DNA of 64,000 bases, taken from the NCBI GenBank assembly GCA_046350795.1, contig JAXLZT010000001.1:309780-373779 (forward strand), given 5' to 3'. Every line of letters begins with the position of its first letter. Within the stretch, counting starts at the first letter, position 1. The position numbers and the translations under genes were made by a program. Source of the stretch: Minisyncoccota bacterium. Lineage in GTDB: Bacteria > Patescibacteriota > Minisyncoccia > Phycocordibacterales > CALRHW01. Below, in pieces: positions 45,024-53,921 of this stretch. The notes beneath the pieces are model-generated. The model had not been told where the DNA came from. It was given only the letters and a program-made list of their open reading frames with translations, and made no database searches.

Positions 45024-45218
45024 TCATTTTAGCTCTTCCTGACTTCTTAATCGACCCTTCTCGAGAGTAGCTTTCTTTGTATACAAATGAGGGTTTTGCT
45101 TCTTATCTTGATCTAGTAACCATTGGAATACTGCGACCACTCTGTCGCTTTCTTCTTTAGTCCAATTTTTAGGATTTCTTTTATCTTCTTGGTTCATAGA
45201 AAGTGACAAAAGTGACAC
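45024..45218 (-). CDS. small hypothetical protein (64 aa)
   Basis: This is an ORF only; no motif was recognised. Confidence 0.3.
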   Translation of the reverse strand: MSLLSLSMNQEDKRNPKNWTKEESDRVVAVFQWLLDQDKKQNPHLYTKKATLEKGRLRSQEELK

Positions 45219-45252
45219 AGAATCAAGTATAAAAGTTACACCTCAATGTAAC

Positions 45253-46161
45253 TTAATTATCTATTTGGATTATCTTTGACCCGTTGTCTGGATCCTCAGT
45301 TCTTTGTTGTAGAGTAAGCTTTCTGTAGTGAGAACAAGAGAATTTTAAGAAGTCATCTATTTCATCAAGATCAATATTTCCTTTCATGAGATCAGAAGGA
45401 TGAATCGAGATAATTAGATTTTCACATATGTTCAGATTCTTTGATGATTCGATGTAGCTTGTGATTATTTCTTTAATAGCACCTCTACGAGTCATATATG
45501 AGTCTCTTCCGTGTTGGGTATTTATTAGCGGGATAGTTAAATTTACATTCCTACCAGAATCCAAGGCAACATATTGCCAGAGCCCATTTAATGCCTGTAT
45601 AAAGTCATCAATTTCTGACCGAACACGATTGTTGTCCTTTTTAACAGAATTCACTACTAGGTAAAACTTTTTACCGTTCTGCTCCACTTCAATAGTTTTA
45701 CCTATCTCATGTTTTTGACCAATCGTAACTTTTGCGGAAATATCAGTATTTAAGTGATCAACTTTGTTTGCATAAAACTTCTGGATCACCTGATTTTGAA
45801 TACTGTTAGCCTTAAGAGCATTACCGCCAAGAGACATATCAAATTCGTCATTCACAGGAACCACCAAGGCACCACTATTATTGAAAGCATCGCCAACCTT
45901 AACTTCAATATAACTGTCTTTATTTCGCAAATTGTATTTAAAAGACGTTCGGGGTCTATTTTTTACAAGCGAAAGAATGCAGACAAGAATAAAGACTCCA
46001 CTGAATAGATAAACATTTTTGAAAATACTGTCTGTACTTTCATTCGTGCTGTAGCTAAACATCTCGACAAACAACCAAAATATACCCACCCAAGATACAA
46101 TATCAATAAAAATATTCTTCAGGTTTCTCCACCATCTTTTTATTCTGAGTGAAATTTTCAT
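45253..46161 (-). CDS. ThsA-like effector candidate: two N-terminal TM helices + cytoplasmic Macro-like domain
   Basis: The TM helices are 'IVSWVGIFWLFVEMF' and 'VYLFSGVFILVCILSLV'. The cytoplasmic segment 'IEVKVGDAFNNSGALVVPVNDEFDMSLGGNALKANSI' resembles the Macro-domain N-terminal motif (GDIt...DAIVNAANs.LlgGGGV..AI). Its start overlaps the TIR gene stop by 4 nt (ATGA), indicating an operon. Confidence 0.5.
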   Translation of the reverse strand: MKISLRIKRWWRNLKNIFIDIVSWVGIFWLFVEMFSYSTNESTDSIFKNVYLFSGVFILVCILSLVKNRPRTSFKYNLRNKDSYIEVKVGDAFNNSGALVVPVNDEFDMSLGGNALKANSIQNQVIQKFYANKVDHLNTDISAKVTIGQKHEIGKTIEVEQNGKKFYLVVNSVKKDNNRVRSEIDDFIQALNGLWQYVALDSGRNVNLTIPLINTQHGRDSYMTRRGAIKEIITSYIESSKNLNICENLIISIHPSDLMKGNIDLDEIDDFLKFSCSHYRKLTLQQRTEDPDNGSKIIQIDN

Positions 46162-46661
46162 AGCCCTAGAGCAGTATAAGCATCTTGGTTATACCGAAAA
46201 GGTCCTGTTTTACCGGCTCTTTTGTATTGGTTGTGCAATGACTCCCATTCACTCAATGCTTTACTAATAATTTTTTGATTAAAACTAACATGGACAGCAA
46301 GTTCGGTATCTAAGATTGACGGACATAGGTCATCATCGTGATATCTTTTACCATTCAGATTTACGGCAATAATAGGAAGTCCTTTTTTGATTGCTTGCTC
46401 AATTTCCCAACGAACAAACTTGTGATGAAATTTTGTTTTCTCGCCAATAAGGATGATGAAAACCTTTGTATTGTTCAGACGTTCCCTCAAACTTGCCTTA
46501 ATGGATTCTTCGGTTGACCACGGCATTATATTTGTAAGGTCGTGGGCATCGTAGAAGTTAAAGTTTGTGTTATCGTTTTGTTTCCATGCTTGCATTAAGC
46601 GGTAGTAACGAATATCGTTATCCGCATCAAAGGCAACATAAGTTTTGTTTGTGTAAGCCAT
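46158..46661 (-). CDS. TIR-like domain protein (ThsB-like, DUF1863/TIR_2-type)
   Basis: 'KTYVAFDADNDIRYYRLMQAW...TKVFIILIGEKTKFHHKFVRWEIEQAIKKGLPIIAVNLN' aligns by eye with Bacillus cereus ThsB ('RVFFSFHYQDVIDF...TSVTCVLIGSQTFNRRWVRYEIMKSIEKGNKIIGIHIN'). Confidence 0.75.
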   Translation of the reverse strand: MAYTNKTYVAFDADNDIRYYRLMQAWKQNDNTNFNFYDAHDLTNIMPWSTEESIKASLRERLNNTKVFIILIGEKTKFHHKFVRWEIEQAIKKGLPIIAVNLNGKRYHDDDLCPSILDTELAVHVSFNQKIISKALSEWESLHNQYKRAGKTGPFRYNQDAYTALGL

Positions 46662-46666
46662 ACAGT

Positions 46667-46897
46667 TTAGCCCCTTGGTGGGAATGGGTCATTTCCATAG
46701 CTGTTACGCTCTTGGATCTTTCCGTCTTTACCATGAATAAAGTGTTCAACCTTTGTTTTTTCAGCAACTTTTTCAGCTCTATCGAGAGCATTATTTTTTG
46801 TATGATGTGAAGAAATAGGAGTTGATGATCCCTCTTTTTTGTTTTCCCACATACTACGATCTGAATTGTATACAGTGTGTATATTTTTGTTAGCCAT
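46667..46897 (-). CDS. DUF2188-family small protein
   Basis: The C-terminal 'FIHGKDGKIQERNSYGNDPFPP' matches the DUF2188 signature (iHgrDGkIrernsYGnDP.pp). Confidence 0.5.
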   Translation of the reverse strand: MANKNIHTVYNSDRSMWENKKEGSSTPISSHHTKNNALDRAEKVAEKTKVEHFIHGKDGKIQERNSYGNDPFPPRG

Positions 46898-46908
46898 ATA
46901 TTTATAAA

Positions 46909-47550
46909 TTAACTTTTAATAATTCCGACAACCTTTCCGCTTAACTGGAAATCATCACCCTCATGAATAAATATCGGGAGATATTTATCAGTTGATTCCG
47001 CCTCAAGAACGATACGATTGTTCGCTTTGTCATTTTTGTATCGTTTGATAGTTGCCATTCCGTCTATGACAGCAACAACGATGTCTCCGTTCTTGTAGCT
47101 TTTGTATCCACTATCCACCAAAACAAAATCTCCGCTTTCAATAGTATTTTTGTCATCTACTTTTGCGAGATTCATACTATTACCGTCTGCTATAACAGAA
47201 TAGAGATCTTTCTTGTTGTATGGCAACATAGAAGATGAGACCTTGAGATACTGCTGAATATTTTGTTCGGCAAATATAGTCGCAGGACCACAGTTTGCAG
47301 ATCCAACAACAGGGAGTGAGAACACAGTATTAACGGTTGATTTAACAAGACCTCGCTTTACAGGTTTTATAACCCCTTGTTCAAGGTTCATTTGAATCAT
47401 TCCAGCCTTTTCAAGCTGTAATAAGTGATATTTCACTATCTGCGGTTTGTCAGGCACGCCAATTTTATCGGCTATTGTTCTAAGGCTGTATGATCCAATA
47501 TTAGGATCACTATCTATGAGAGCTAAAAGCTGTTTCTGTTTGTTGTGCAT
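46909..47550 (-). CDS. lexA: LexA-like repressor (winged-helix DNA-binding domain + S24 peptidase domain)
   Basis: The N-terminal wHTH is 'IADKIGVPDKPQIVKYHLLQLEKAGMIQ'. The S24 domain has catalytic Ser ('ADGNSMN') and Lys ('MATIKRY'). The predicted cleavage region 'VVGSANCGPA' has Cys-Gly where canonical LexA has Ala-Gly. Confidence 0.75.
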   Translation of the reverse strand: MHNKQKQLLALIDSDPNIGSYSLRTIADKIGVPDKPQIVKYHLLQLEKAGMIQMNLEQGVIKPVKRGLVKSTVNTVFSLPVVGSANCGPATIFAEQNIQQYLKVSSSMLPYNKKDLYSVIADGNSMNLAKVDDKNTIESGDFVLVDSGYKSYKNGDIVVAVIDGMATIKRYKNDKANNRIVLEAESTDKYLPIFIHEGDDFQLSGKVVGIIKS

Positions 47551-47628
47551 ACACCTATTATAGCATACTTTTCAACTTACAACAATATAAATTTGACACT
47601 TTTGACGGCAATCTGATATACTTTCCCT

Positions 47629-48048
47629 ATGGAGCAAAGTTTGCAATTAAATCGAGTAACACAGCTTCCAAAGAAAGGTGAAAAAGTCATCGTTCTTGAG
47701 CTTACCGATATTCAATTGCACTCTAATGCAAGACCTACCCAATCGGTTGGTGGTGCAATACGACGCTCCATAGAAAATAATAAGCCTGGTCGTATCTTTT
47801 CTTCTCTTGAGAAGAAACAAGAATCAAGTGCTGATCAAAATTCAATAGAGTTCACCATGCCGTTTGCAATGAACGATCCTGTACTAAAGCAAACAATCCA
47901 TGACTACCAACAACAAGGTTATCGTGTATTGATTCAAATGCCGAAATCAGGACTACCGATTCATCTTGGCAAGGATGCTGTCGAATTTATGAATAGTACT
48001 CGAGGAAAGCGAATCTTGAGAAAGATAAAGAAAGACAAAGGAAATTAA
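47629..48048 (+). CDS. hypothetical protein divergently transcribed from lexA-like gene
   Basis: This is a 139-aa ORF with a basic C-terminus. No family was recognised. Confidence 0.35.
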   Translation: MEQSLQLNRVTQLPKKGEKVIVLELTDIQLHSNARPTQSVGGAIRRSIENNKPGRIFSSLEKKQESSADQNSIEFTMPFAMNDPVLKQTIHDYQQQGYRVLIQMPKSGLPIHLGKDAVEFMNSTRGKRILRKIKKDKGN

Positions 48049-48207
48049 ATAAAAACGCGTCGTAAAAGCGAATAGTGCAACGCCACAAGCCATGCCTATT
48101 CCGCGCAAGAAGTAGTTTGAGGTTTTTCGGACCTCTACTTATTTCGTGTGTGGAATAGGCTTTTTCTATATCCATACATTTTATTAAAGATTAATTAATA
48201 AAATGCT

Positions 48208-49482
48208 ATGAAAAAACTTTCATGGACTACAGGAGTTCGAGAGGTCAAAGACCTACTCCCTTGGCAAGAAAACCCAAGAAAAATCTCAAAGCAAGCGTTA
48301 GATAAGTTGAAAGAAAAGATCACACAAAACGGCTTCCACAGCGTGATCGTGATTGATACCGACAATACGATTCTGTCAGGGAATCAAAGAAAGGTTGCAC
48401 TCATGGAGCTTGGTATCAATACCGTAGACGTAATGATCCCTAGTCGTAAGCTAAGTGATGCAGAACGACGAAGAATCGGTATTGAAAGCAATATCAATGA
48501 CGGTGAATGGAATTTCGAGAAATTGAAGTCATTTGATCTGGAACTACTCCAATTTGCAGGATTCGATGAAAAAGAATTAGTGAAGTTCTGGGACGAAGAA
48601 AAAGACACTAAAGACGACAAGTTCGATGTAGACAAGGAACTCAAGAAAATTAAGACGCCTCAAACAAAGTTGGGTGATCTTATTATCATGGGTAATCATA
48701 AGTTGCTTTGCTCAAGTTCTACTGATATCACTGCGGTTAAAAAACTATTCGGTGATGATAGAGCTACTGCTATCTACAGTGATCCACCTTTTAATATTGG
48801 GCTTTCATATGACAAAGGCGTTGGTAATAAATCAAACTATGGTGGTTCATTTGATGATAATCAATCACCAGAAGCATACAAGGAATTTATTCGCCAAGTT
48901 CTCACATCATCACTCGCCATATCCACCAAAGATACACATGTTGCATTTTGGTGTGATGAAGCGTGGGTGTGGGTTTTTCAAACCTTATATATGGAACTGG
49001 GCGTAAAGAATCGTAGGCTAAATATTTGGATCAAGAACAACTCCTCGCCTATACCCACCGTCGCATTTAACAAGTGTGCGGAGTATTGCGTGTACGGCAC
49101 AAAAGGATCTCCGTATCTGTCTGATTTAGTCAAAAACCTTAACGAGATTCAAAACAAGAATTGCACAACTGGAAATCAACTTCTTGAAGATATCTCGAAC
49201 ATTTGGGCAACTAAACGACTGCCGTCAAACCAAATGGAGCACCCTACAAGCAAAAATCCTGAACTACACCACAAGTTCATCATGCGATGCACAAAGCCAG
49301 GAGACATAATCTTCGATGCCTTTTCTGGTTCTGCTAGCACCATGATCTGTGCGGAGCAACTTGATCGCAAAGTCTACTCACTTGAAATTGAACCCGTGTT
49401 CTGTGACTTGGCAATTCGCAGATACGAAAAATTGACTGGTCGGAAAGCAAAAGTAATCAAGAACTTCTATGAAAAAGAATAA
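48208..49482 (+). CDS. ParB-like nuclease domain fused to N6-adenine/N4-cytosine DNA methyltransferase (phage-type orphan MTase)
   Basis: The N-terminal ParB/Srx-like domain is 'SKQALDKLKEKITQNGFHSVIVIDTDNTILSGNQRKVA'. Motif IV is 'AIYSDPPFNIGLSY' (DPPY/F). The SAM-binding motif I near the C-terminus ('DIIFDAFSGSASTMICAE') indicates beta-class N6_N4 MTase topology. Confidence 0.8.
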   Translation: MKKLSWTTGVREVKDLLPWQENPRKISKQALDKLKEKITQNGFHSVIVIDTDNTILSGNQRKVALMELGINTVDVMIPSRKLSDAERRRIGIESNINDGEWNFEKLKSFDLELLQFAGFDEKELVKFWDEEKDTKDDKFDVDKELKKIKTPQTKLGDLIIMGNHKLLCSSSTDITAVKKLFGDDRATAIYSDPPFNIGLSYDKGVGNKSNYGGSFDDNQSPEAYKEFIRQVLTSSLAISTKDTHVAFWCDEAWVWVFQTLYMELGVKNRRLNIWIKNNSSPIPTVAFNKCAEYCVYGTKGSPYLSDLVKNLNEIQNKNCTTGNQLLEDISNIWATKRLPSNQMEHPTSKNPELHHKFIMRCTKPGDIIFDAFSGSASTMICAEQLDRKVYSLEIEPVFCDLAIRRYEKLTGRKAKVIKNFYEKE

Positions 49483-49876
49483 ATTTCAGGATCAGTTTCT
49501 TGATGAACTACGAAAAGTTCCGATCGTTCAAGTTGCTTGTGAGAAAACAGGATTGTCTCGCAATAGTGTTTATCGTTGGAGAAAAGATGATAAAGCATTT
49601 CTCAAGAAGATGGACGATGCACTTGCCGATGGTGTCGCATTGGTAAACGACATGAGTGAAAGCCAACTACTCACACTCATTAAAGAGAAAAATTATCCTG
49701 CAATCAGTTTCTGGCTTAAACATCGCAATGATAATTATAAAAACAAGCTAGAGATCACCACTAAAGAAGATTCTGAACAACTTACTCCTTCACAAGCAAA
49801 AATCGTGAAGCAGGCACTTAAGCTCGCCAATATAACAAAATCGAAATCGATTAAAAACATTAACTCTAAAAAGTAA
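49469..49876 (+). CDS. phage terminase small subunit-like HTH protein
   Basis: It has the HTH 'VACEKTGLSRNSVYRWRKDD'. It lies immediately upstream of TerL and overlaps the preceding gene by 14 nt. Confidence 0.5.
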   Translation: MKKNKFQDQFLDELRKVPIVQVACEKTGLSRNSVYRWRKDDKAFLKKMDDALADGVALVNDMSESQLLTLIKEKNYPAISFWLKHRNDNYKNKLEITTKEDSEQLTPSQAKIVKQALKLANITKSKSIKNINSKK

Positions 49877-49877
49877 C

Positions 49878-51374
49878 ATGACTAAAATAATTCCAAATGC
49901 ATTGGTGAATACCATGCTAAAAGATCGTTCCGTGCGAACATCTATTACAAAAGACAGTTTCCTGTATTTCTTCCACTTCTACTACGCCCACTATGTAAAA
50001 TACGAAACCGCTGACTTTCAGAAAGAGATTATTCATAATCTCGAAAAAAGCTCGATTGAGAATATGTACGTTGTCGCATTTCGTGGATCAGGAAAATCTA
50101 CAATGGTGACGACCGCATATCCTATCTGGGCAATACTTGGAAAACAACAAAAGAAGTTTTGTATTATCTTTTGCCAAACTCGAGCACAAGCAAAACAGCA
50201 TATGATGAACATTCGTACTGAGCTTGAGGGTAACGATGTTCTTAAAAAGGATCTCGGACCATTCCAAGAAGAAAGCGATGAGTGGGGTTCGTTCTCATTA
50301 GTATTCAAAAAGCACGGAGCAAGAATCACCGTAGCTTCTGCCGAGCAAAGTATCCGTGGCATTCGTCACAACGAACACCGCCCAGACTTAATAATCTGTG
50401 ATGACGTTGAGGACGTGCAATCGACCAAAACCCGTGAGGGACGAGATAAAACATACCATTGGCTTCGAGGTGAAGTTATCCCTGCTGGCGATAGAAACAC
50501 CCGACTAATTATTGTTGGAAACTTACTCCATGAAGATTCACTCTTGATGCGTATTAAAGACGAAATCGCCAAAGGTAAGGCAAAAGGAATATTCAAGGAG
50601 TACCCGCTTATAGATAATCATGGTGTGTGCTTATGGTCAGGTAAATACAAAAGCGAGAAAGATCTTGAGGATGAAAAGTTGAAAGTTTCTAGTGATATAT
50701 CATGGCAACGAGAATATCTATTGCGTATTATTCCAGACGATGATCAGGTTATTTATCCTGAATGGATCAACTACTACGACGAATTGCCAGGCGAAAAGCA
50801 CCGGGGATTCAGAGGCACTTATGCGGGTGTCGATCTTGCGATTTCAGCTTCAGAAACTGCTGATGACACTGCTGTTGTATTTGCTCATATATATTCACGC
50901 CGTGAGAAAATGCGAATATACATATTGCCTAATCCTATCGCAAAGAAACTTAATTTTCCTGCACAGGTAGATCTCATGAAAGATATTCGTAGTACGATGC
51001 TCATAAAAAGTACGGACGAGTTATTTGTAGAAAGCGTGGCGTACCAAGAAGCACTTCCGCAAATGCTCGAACACCAAGGTGTTAAAGCGACAGCAATCAA
51101 ACCTAAAGGAGATAAAAGAACACGACTTGCTCTTACTTCGACCGCAATAAAATCATCAAAGATCTTATTTCCAAGACAAGGATGCGAGAGACTTATTGAG
51201 CAACTTGTAGGGTTTGGAGTAGAAAAGCATGACGACCTTGCCGATGCATTTTCGTTGCTTATAAACTCAACCATGGATAAGCATGCTAAAGATTCAACAT
51301 GGCTTATGTACTGGATGGGAGATGAAGAACCTTTGTACTATAGAGATTACGTTGATATGGACATAAAAAAGTAG
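49878..51374 (+). CDS. phage terminase large subunit (ATPase + RNaseH-like nuclease domains)
   Basis: Walker A is 'VAFRGSGKSTMV' and Walker B is 'LIICDDVED'. The nuclease-domain motif is 'YAGVDLAISASETADDTAVVFAHI'. Confidence 0.8.
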   Translation: MTKIIPNALVNTMLKDRSVRTSITKDSFLYFFHFYYAHYVKYETADFQKEIIHNLEKSSIENMYVVAFRGSGKSTMVTTAYPIWAILGKQQKKFCIIFCQTRAQAKQHMMNIRTELEGNDVLKKDLGPFQEESDEWGSFSLVFKKHGARITVASAEQSIRGIRHNEHRPDLIICDDVEDVQSTKTREGRDKTYHWLRGEVIPAGDRNTRLIIVGNLLHEDSLLMRIKDEIAKGKAKGIFKEYPLIDNHGVCLWSGKYKSEKDLEDEKLKVSSDISWQREYLLRIIPDDDQVIYPEWINYYDELPGEKHRGFRGTYAGVDLAISASETADDTAVVFAHIYSRREKMRIYILPNPIAKKLNFPAQVDLMKDIRSTMLIKSTDELFVESVAYQEALPQMLEHQGVKATAIKPKGDKRTRLALTSTAIKSSKILFPRQGCERLIEQLVGFGVEKHDDLADAFSLLINSTMDKHAKDSTWLMYWMGDEEPLYYRDYVDMDIKK

Positions 51375-51446
51375 TCGCGAGTATGCGACGTATTTCTAGT
51401 TCTGCATAGTCTATGCACCACCGACTGGTCTGTCATTAATTAATAT

Positions 51447-52730
51447 ATGACAGAAGTCGAACAAAACCAGATGAAATATTGCTTGTACGCTCGTAAATCA
51501 ACCGAAGCAGAAGAAAAACAAGCACTTTCTATTGATTCTCAAATCAAAGAAATGAAACAGATTGCCGAGCGTGAAAATCTAACCATAGTTGAGATCCGTA
51601 AAGAATCACATAGCGCAAAGGAATCTGGACAAAGACCTGTATTTGAAGAGATTGTAAAAGATATCGATACGGGAATATTCAATGGAATCATTACATGGGC
51701 ACCAGATAGACTTTCTCGTAATGCAGGTGATCTTGGAAAGCTTGTAGACAGAATGGATCAAAGGAAACTGATTCAGATCAAAACTTTTGGTCAGACTTTT
51801 TCTAATTCACCAAGTGACAAGTTCCTGCTGATGATTCTTTGTAGTCAGGCAAAGCTTGAAAACGACAACAAAAGTATCAATGTAAAGCGTGGCATGAGAG
51901 CTAGGTGCGAAATGGGATTATGGCCAGTACAACCACCAACGGGATATAGAAAGCCTAATCAACGATTGGCTAAGTGTGAGGTAGAAATTGATCCAGAACG
52001 AGCCGATACTATACGACAAATATTTGAGAAGATTAGTTATGAAAAATGGAGTGTATCAAAAGTACATGCATGGTTACGATATGATCTTGATTTCAAAACT
52101 CACAGAGGTTTTCATTTAAGTCTTGGAAATGTATTCAAGATTATAAACAATACTTTCTACTACGGTCGCTTTGAGTTTCCTCAAGGATCAGGTATTTGGT
52201 ATGAGGGAAAACATAAACCTATTATCACAAAAGAGTTGTTTGATGAGACAAGAAATTCTATCAAATCGCAGACGATAAAATCACAAGGCAAGGAATTTGC
52301 GTTTACAAGAATCATGAAATGCGGAGCTTGTGGATCTGGTATTACTGCCGATGAGAAGTTCAAGAAGTTACTGAATGGCGGAGTGAACCGACATGTATAT
52401 TATCGATGCACAAAAGCAAAAGACAGGAATTGTAAAAATCCTGCCCTGAATGAAACTGAACTCATTGAATCACTACTCGATATGGTTGATACCTTGAACA
52501 TAAATAAGGTAAAACTTACTGCAAAGCTTGATGTTGAAATTCAAAAGTTTAAGAAACTACAAGCAATGTTTTTGGGCAAAAAGAAGACTGAGAAAATAGA
52601 GCCTATTGATCTTAAGGACTATACAAAATTTGTACTAAAAGAAGGATCTCCGTTAGAGCAGAGATCTATCTTGGAATGTATCAGTAGTGAATTGGTCTTG
52701 AAGAATAAGAAAATAGTTGCTAGCAACTAA
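51447..52730 (+). CDS. large serine recombinase (resolvase/invertase catalytic domain + recombinase + zinc-ribbon domains)
   Basis: 'YCLYARKSTEAEEKQALSIDSQ' is the Ser-recombinase active-site motif (YxRxST...SxxxQ). It is followed by 'ITWAPDRLSRN', the recombinase domain, and the zinc ribbon 'CGACGSG...YYRC'. Confidence 0.85.
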   Translation: MTEVEQNQMKYCLYARKSTEAEEKQALSIDSQIKEMKQIAERENLTIVEIRKESHSAKESGQRPVFEEIVKDIDTGIFNGIITWAPDRLSRNAGDLGKLVDRMDQRKLIQIKTFGQTFSNSPSDKFLLMILCSQAKLENDNKSINVKRGMRARCEMGLWPVQPPTGYRKPNQRLAKCEVEIDPERADTIRQIFEKISYEKWSVSKVHAWLRYDLDFKTHRGFHLSLGNVFKIINNTFYYGRFEFPQGSGIWYEGKHKPIITKELFDETRNSIKSQTIKSQGKEFAFTRIMKCGACGSGITADEKFKKLLNGGVNRHVYYRCTKAKDRNCKNPALNETELIESLLDMVDTLNINKVKLTAKLDVEIQKFKKLQAMFLGKKKTEKIEPIDLKDYTKFVLKEGSPLEQRSILECISSELVLKNKKIVASN

Positions 52731-52734
52731 GAAA

Positions 52735-53916
52735 TCAAGACTTTTTTCCAGCATGTTCAACAATGAATTTTGCTCGTTCATAAAGCTCATCATAAGTTAA
52801 AATCTCAATGTTTTTGGAGTCACGTCGAAACAATTCAAATGTTTTTGCTTTTATTTGGTTTTCTTTATCAGTACCATCAAATTGTTTTGTTGATCCGATA
52901 ACTAAGATACTCTTGGGATCAAATGCTTTTTGCTTAATTAATTCTCCTTTATCATTATAGTTTCCATTTACATTTGTTTCTGCTGTAATTTGCCAACTAG
53001 CTTTTTGCTCTAGTATTTGAGACAAGCCTGAAACTAGATCATCCGAGAGTGTCCACGAATTTGAACGATTCTTATCTTTACCAAATAAAGGGGTATCGTG
53101 CTTTTTAAGTTCAACTAGTACTGTAAATTTACTACACCCTAAAAGGAAGTCGTTAATAACAGATTCTTTTCCTGATACGTCTGTACCTGATACGTGTGCT
53201 TCTTTTTGTAAAATTCCAAGGAATCGATAATCTAGTCCATATCCAAAAATCCAATCATTTATATTAAAGAAATGTTGCCAGACAGATTCATGTCTCGTAT
53301 CTGTTATATTATTCTCGGAAATGTAGGTTGCAAAATAGCCCTCTTGATTTAAAAGATTATTAAAAATTTCTAGTTGCTTCTTACGGTATCCTATATTTAC
53401 AATATCAGTTGAAGTTATAATACCACTAGCTAAAACCTCCTCGATAATCTCTTGACCGTCCTTTCTCAATAATAGTGTTTTAATTTTTTTCTTTGTTTCA
53501 TCGTCTATATTGGGGAGATTATCATCAGCAAGCGTAATTCTTCTTTCATTCACGTCGCCAAGGTTTAATTCTGAAAGGAGTTGTAGATATCCAATGATCT
53601 GCTTGAAAAATGGAAAAGAGAAGACGATTTGTTCATCTTGTTCAACATAACCTTTGTTTTTGTAAAACTTAAATCGCTTAAAAGAAACATTGGTAATCTC
53701 ATTATTTTGTTTAATAAATGTAAAAGTAGTTTTAATTTTATTCCTTATGACAGGATAAGGATGTTCTACTTCAATAGCATCTGGTACACCATTTTCATCT
53801 CTTGAGACAATGGTAAAATATTTCCCAGCTTCATTTTTGAATTTATGGGTATATAGTGTGTCGGTTTTGTAATTATCGACTATTTTTTCTTCTGAATTTT
53901 CAATTTCTAGTCCCAT
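52735..53916 (-). CDS. putative PD-(D/E)xK nuclease-domain protein, DUF4263/Shedu (SduA)-like
   Basis: The 393-aa length fits the family. The candidate nuclease motif is '...GTDVSG...TVLVELKKHD' (D...ExK on a hydrophobic beta-strand), with a C-terminal '...EILTYDELYERAKFIV'. It lies immediately downstream of hsdR in the same orientation. Confidence 0.4.
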   Translation of the reverse strand: MGLEIENSEEKIVDNYKTDTLYTHKFKNEAGKYFTIVSRDENGVPDAIEVEHPYPVIRNKIKTTFTFIKQNNEITNVSFKRFKFYKNKGYVEQDEQIVFSFPFFKQIIGYLQLLSELNLGDVNERRITLADDNLPNIDDETKKKIKTLLLRKDGQEIIEEVLASGIITSTDIVNIGYRKKQLEIFNNLLNQEGYFATYISENNITDTRHESVWQHFFNINDWIFGYGLDYRFLGILQKEAHVSGTDVSGKESVINDFLLGCSKFTVLVELKKHDTPLFGKDKNRSNSWTLSDDLVSGLSQILEQKASWQITAETNVNGNYNDKGELIKQKAFDPKSILVIGSTKQFDGTDKENQIKAKTFELFRRDSKNIEILTYDELYERAKFIVEHAGKKS

Positions 53917-53921
53917 ATAAT

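Noticed and set aside
49878-52730. Interpreting TerL + serine recombinase as evidence of an intact, inducible prophage
   Set aside because: No capsid, portal, tail or lysis genes are present anywhere in the island, and the flanking genes are defence systems. It is treated as a satellite-like or degraded element instead.
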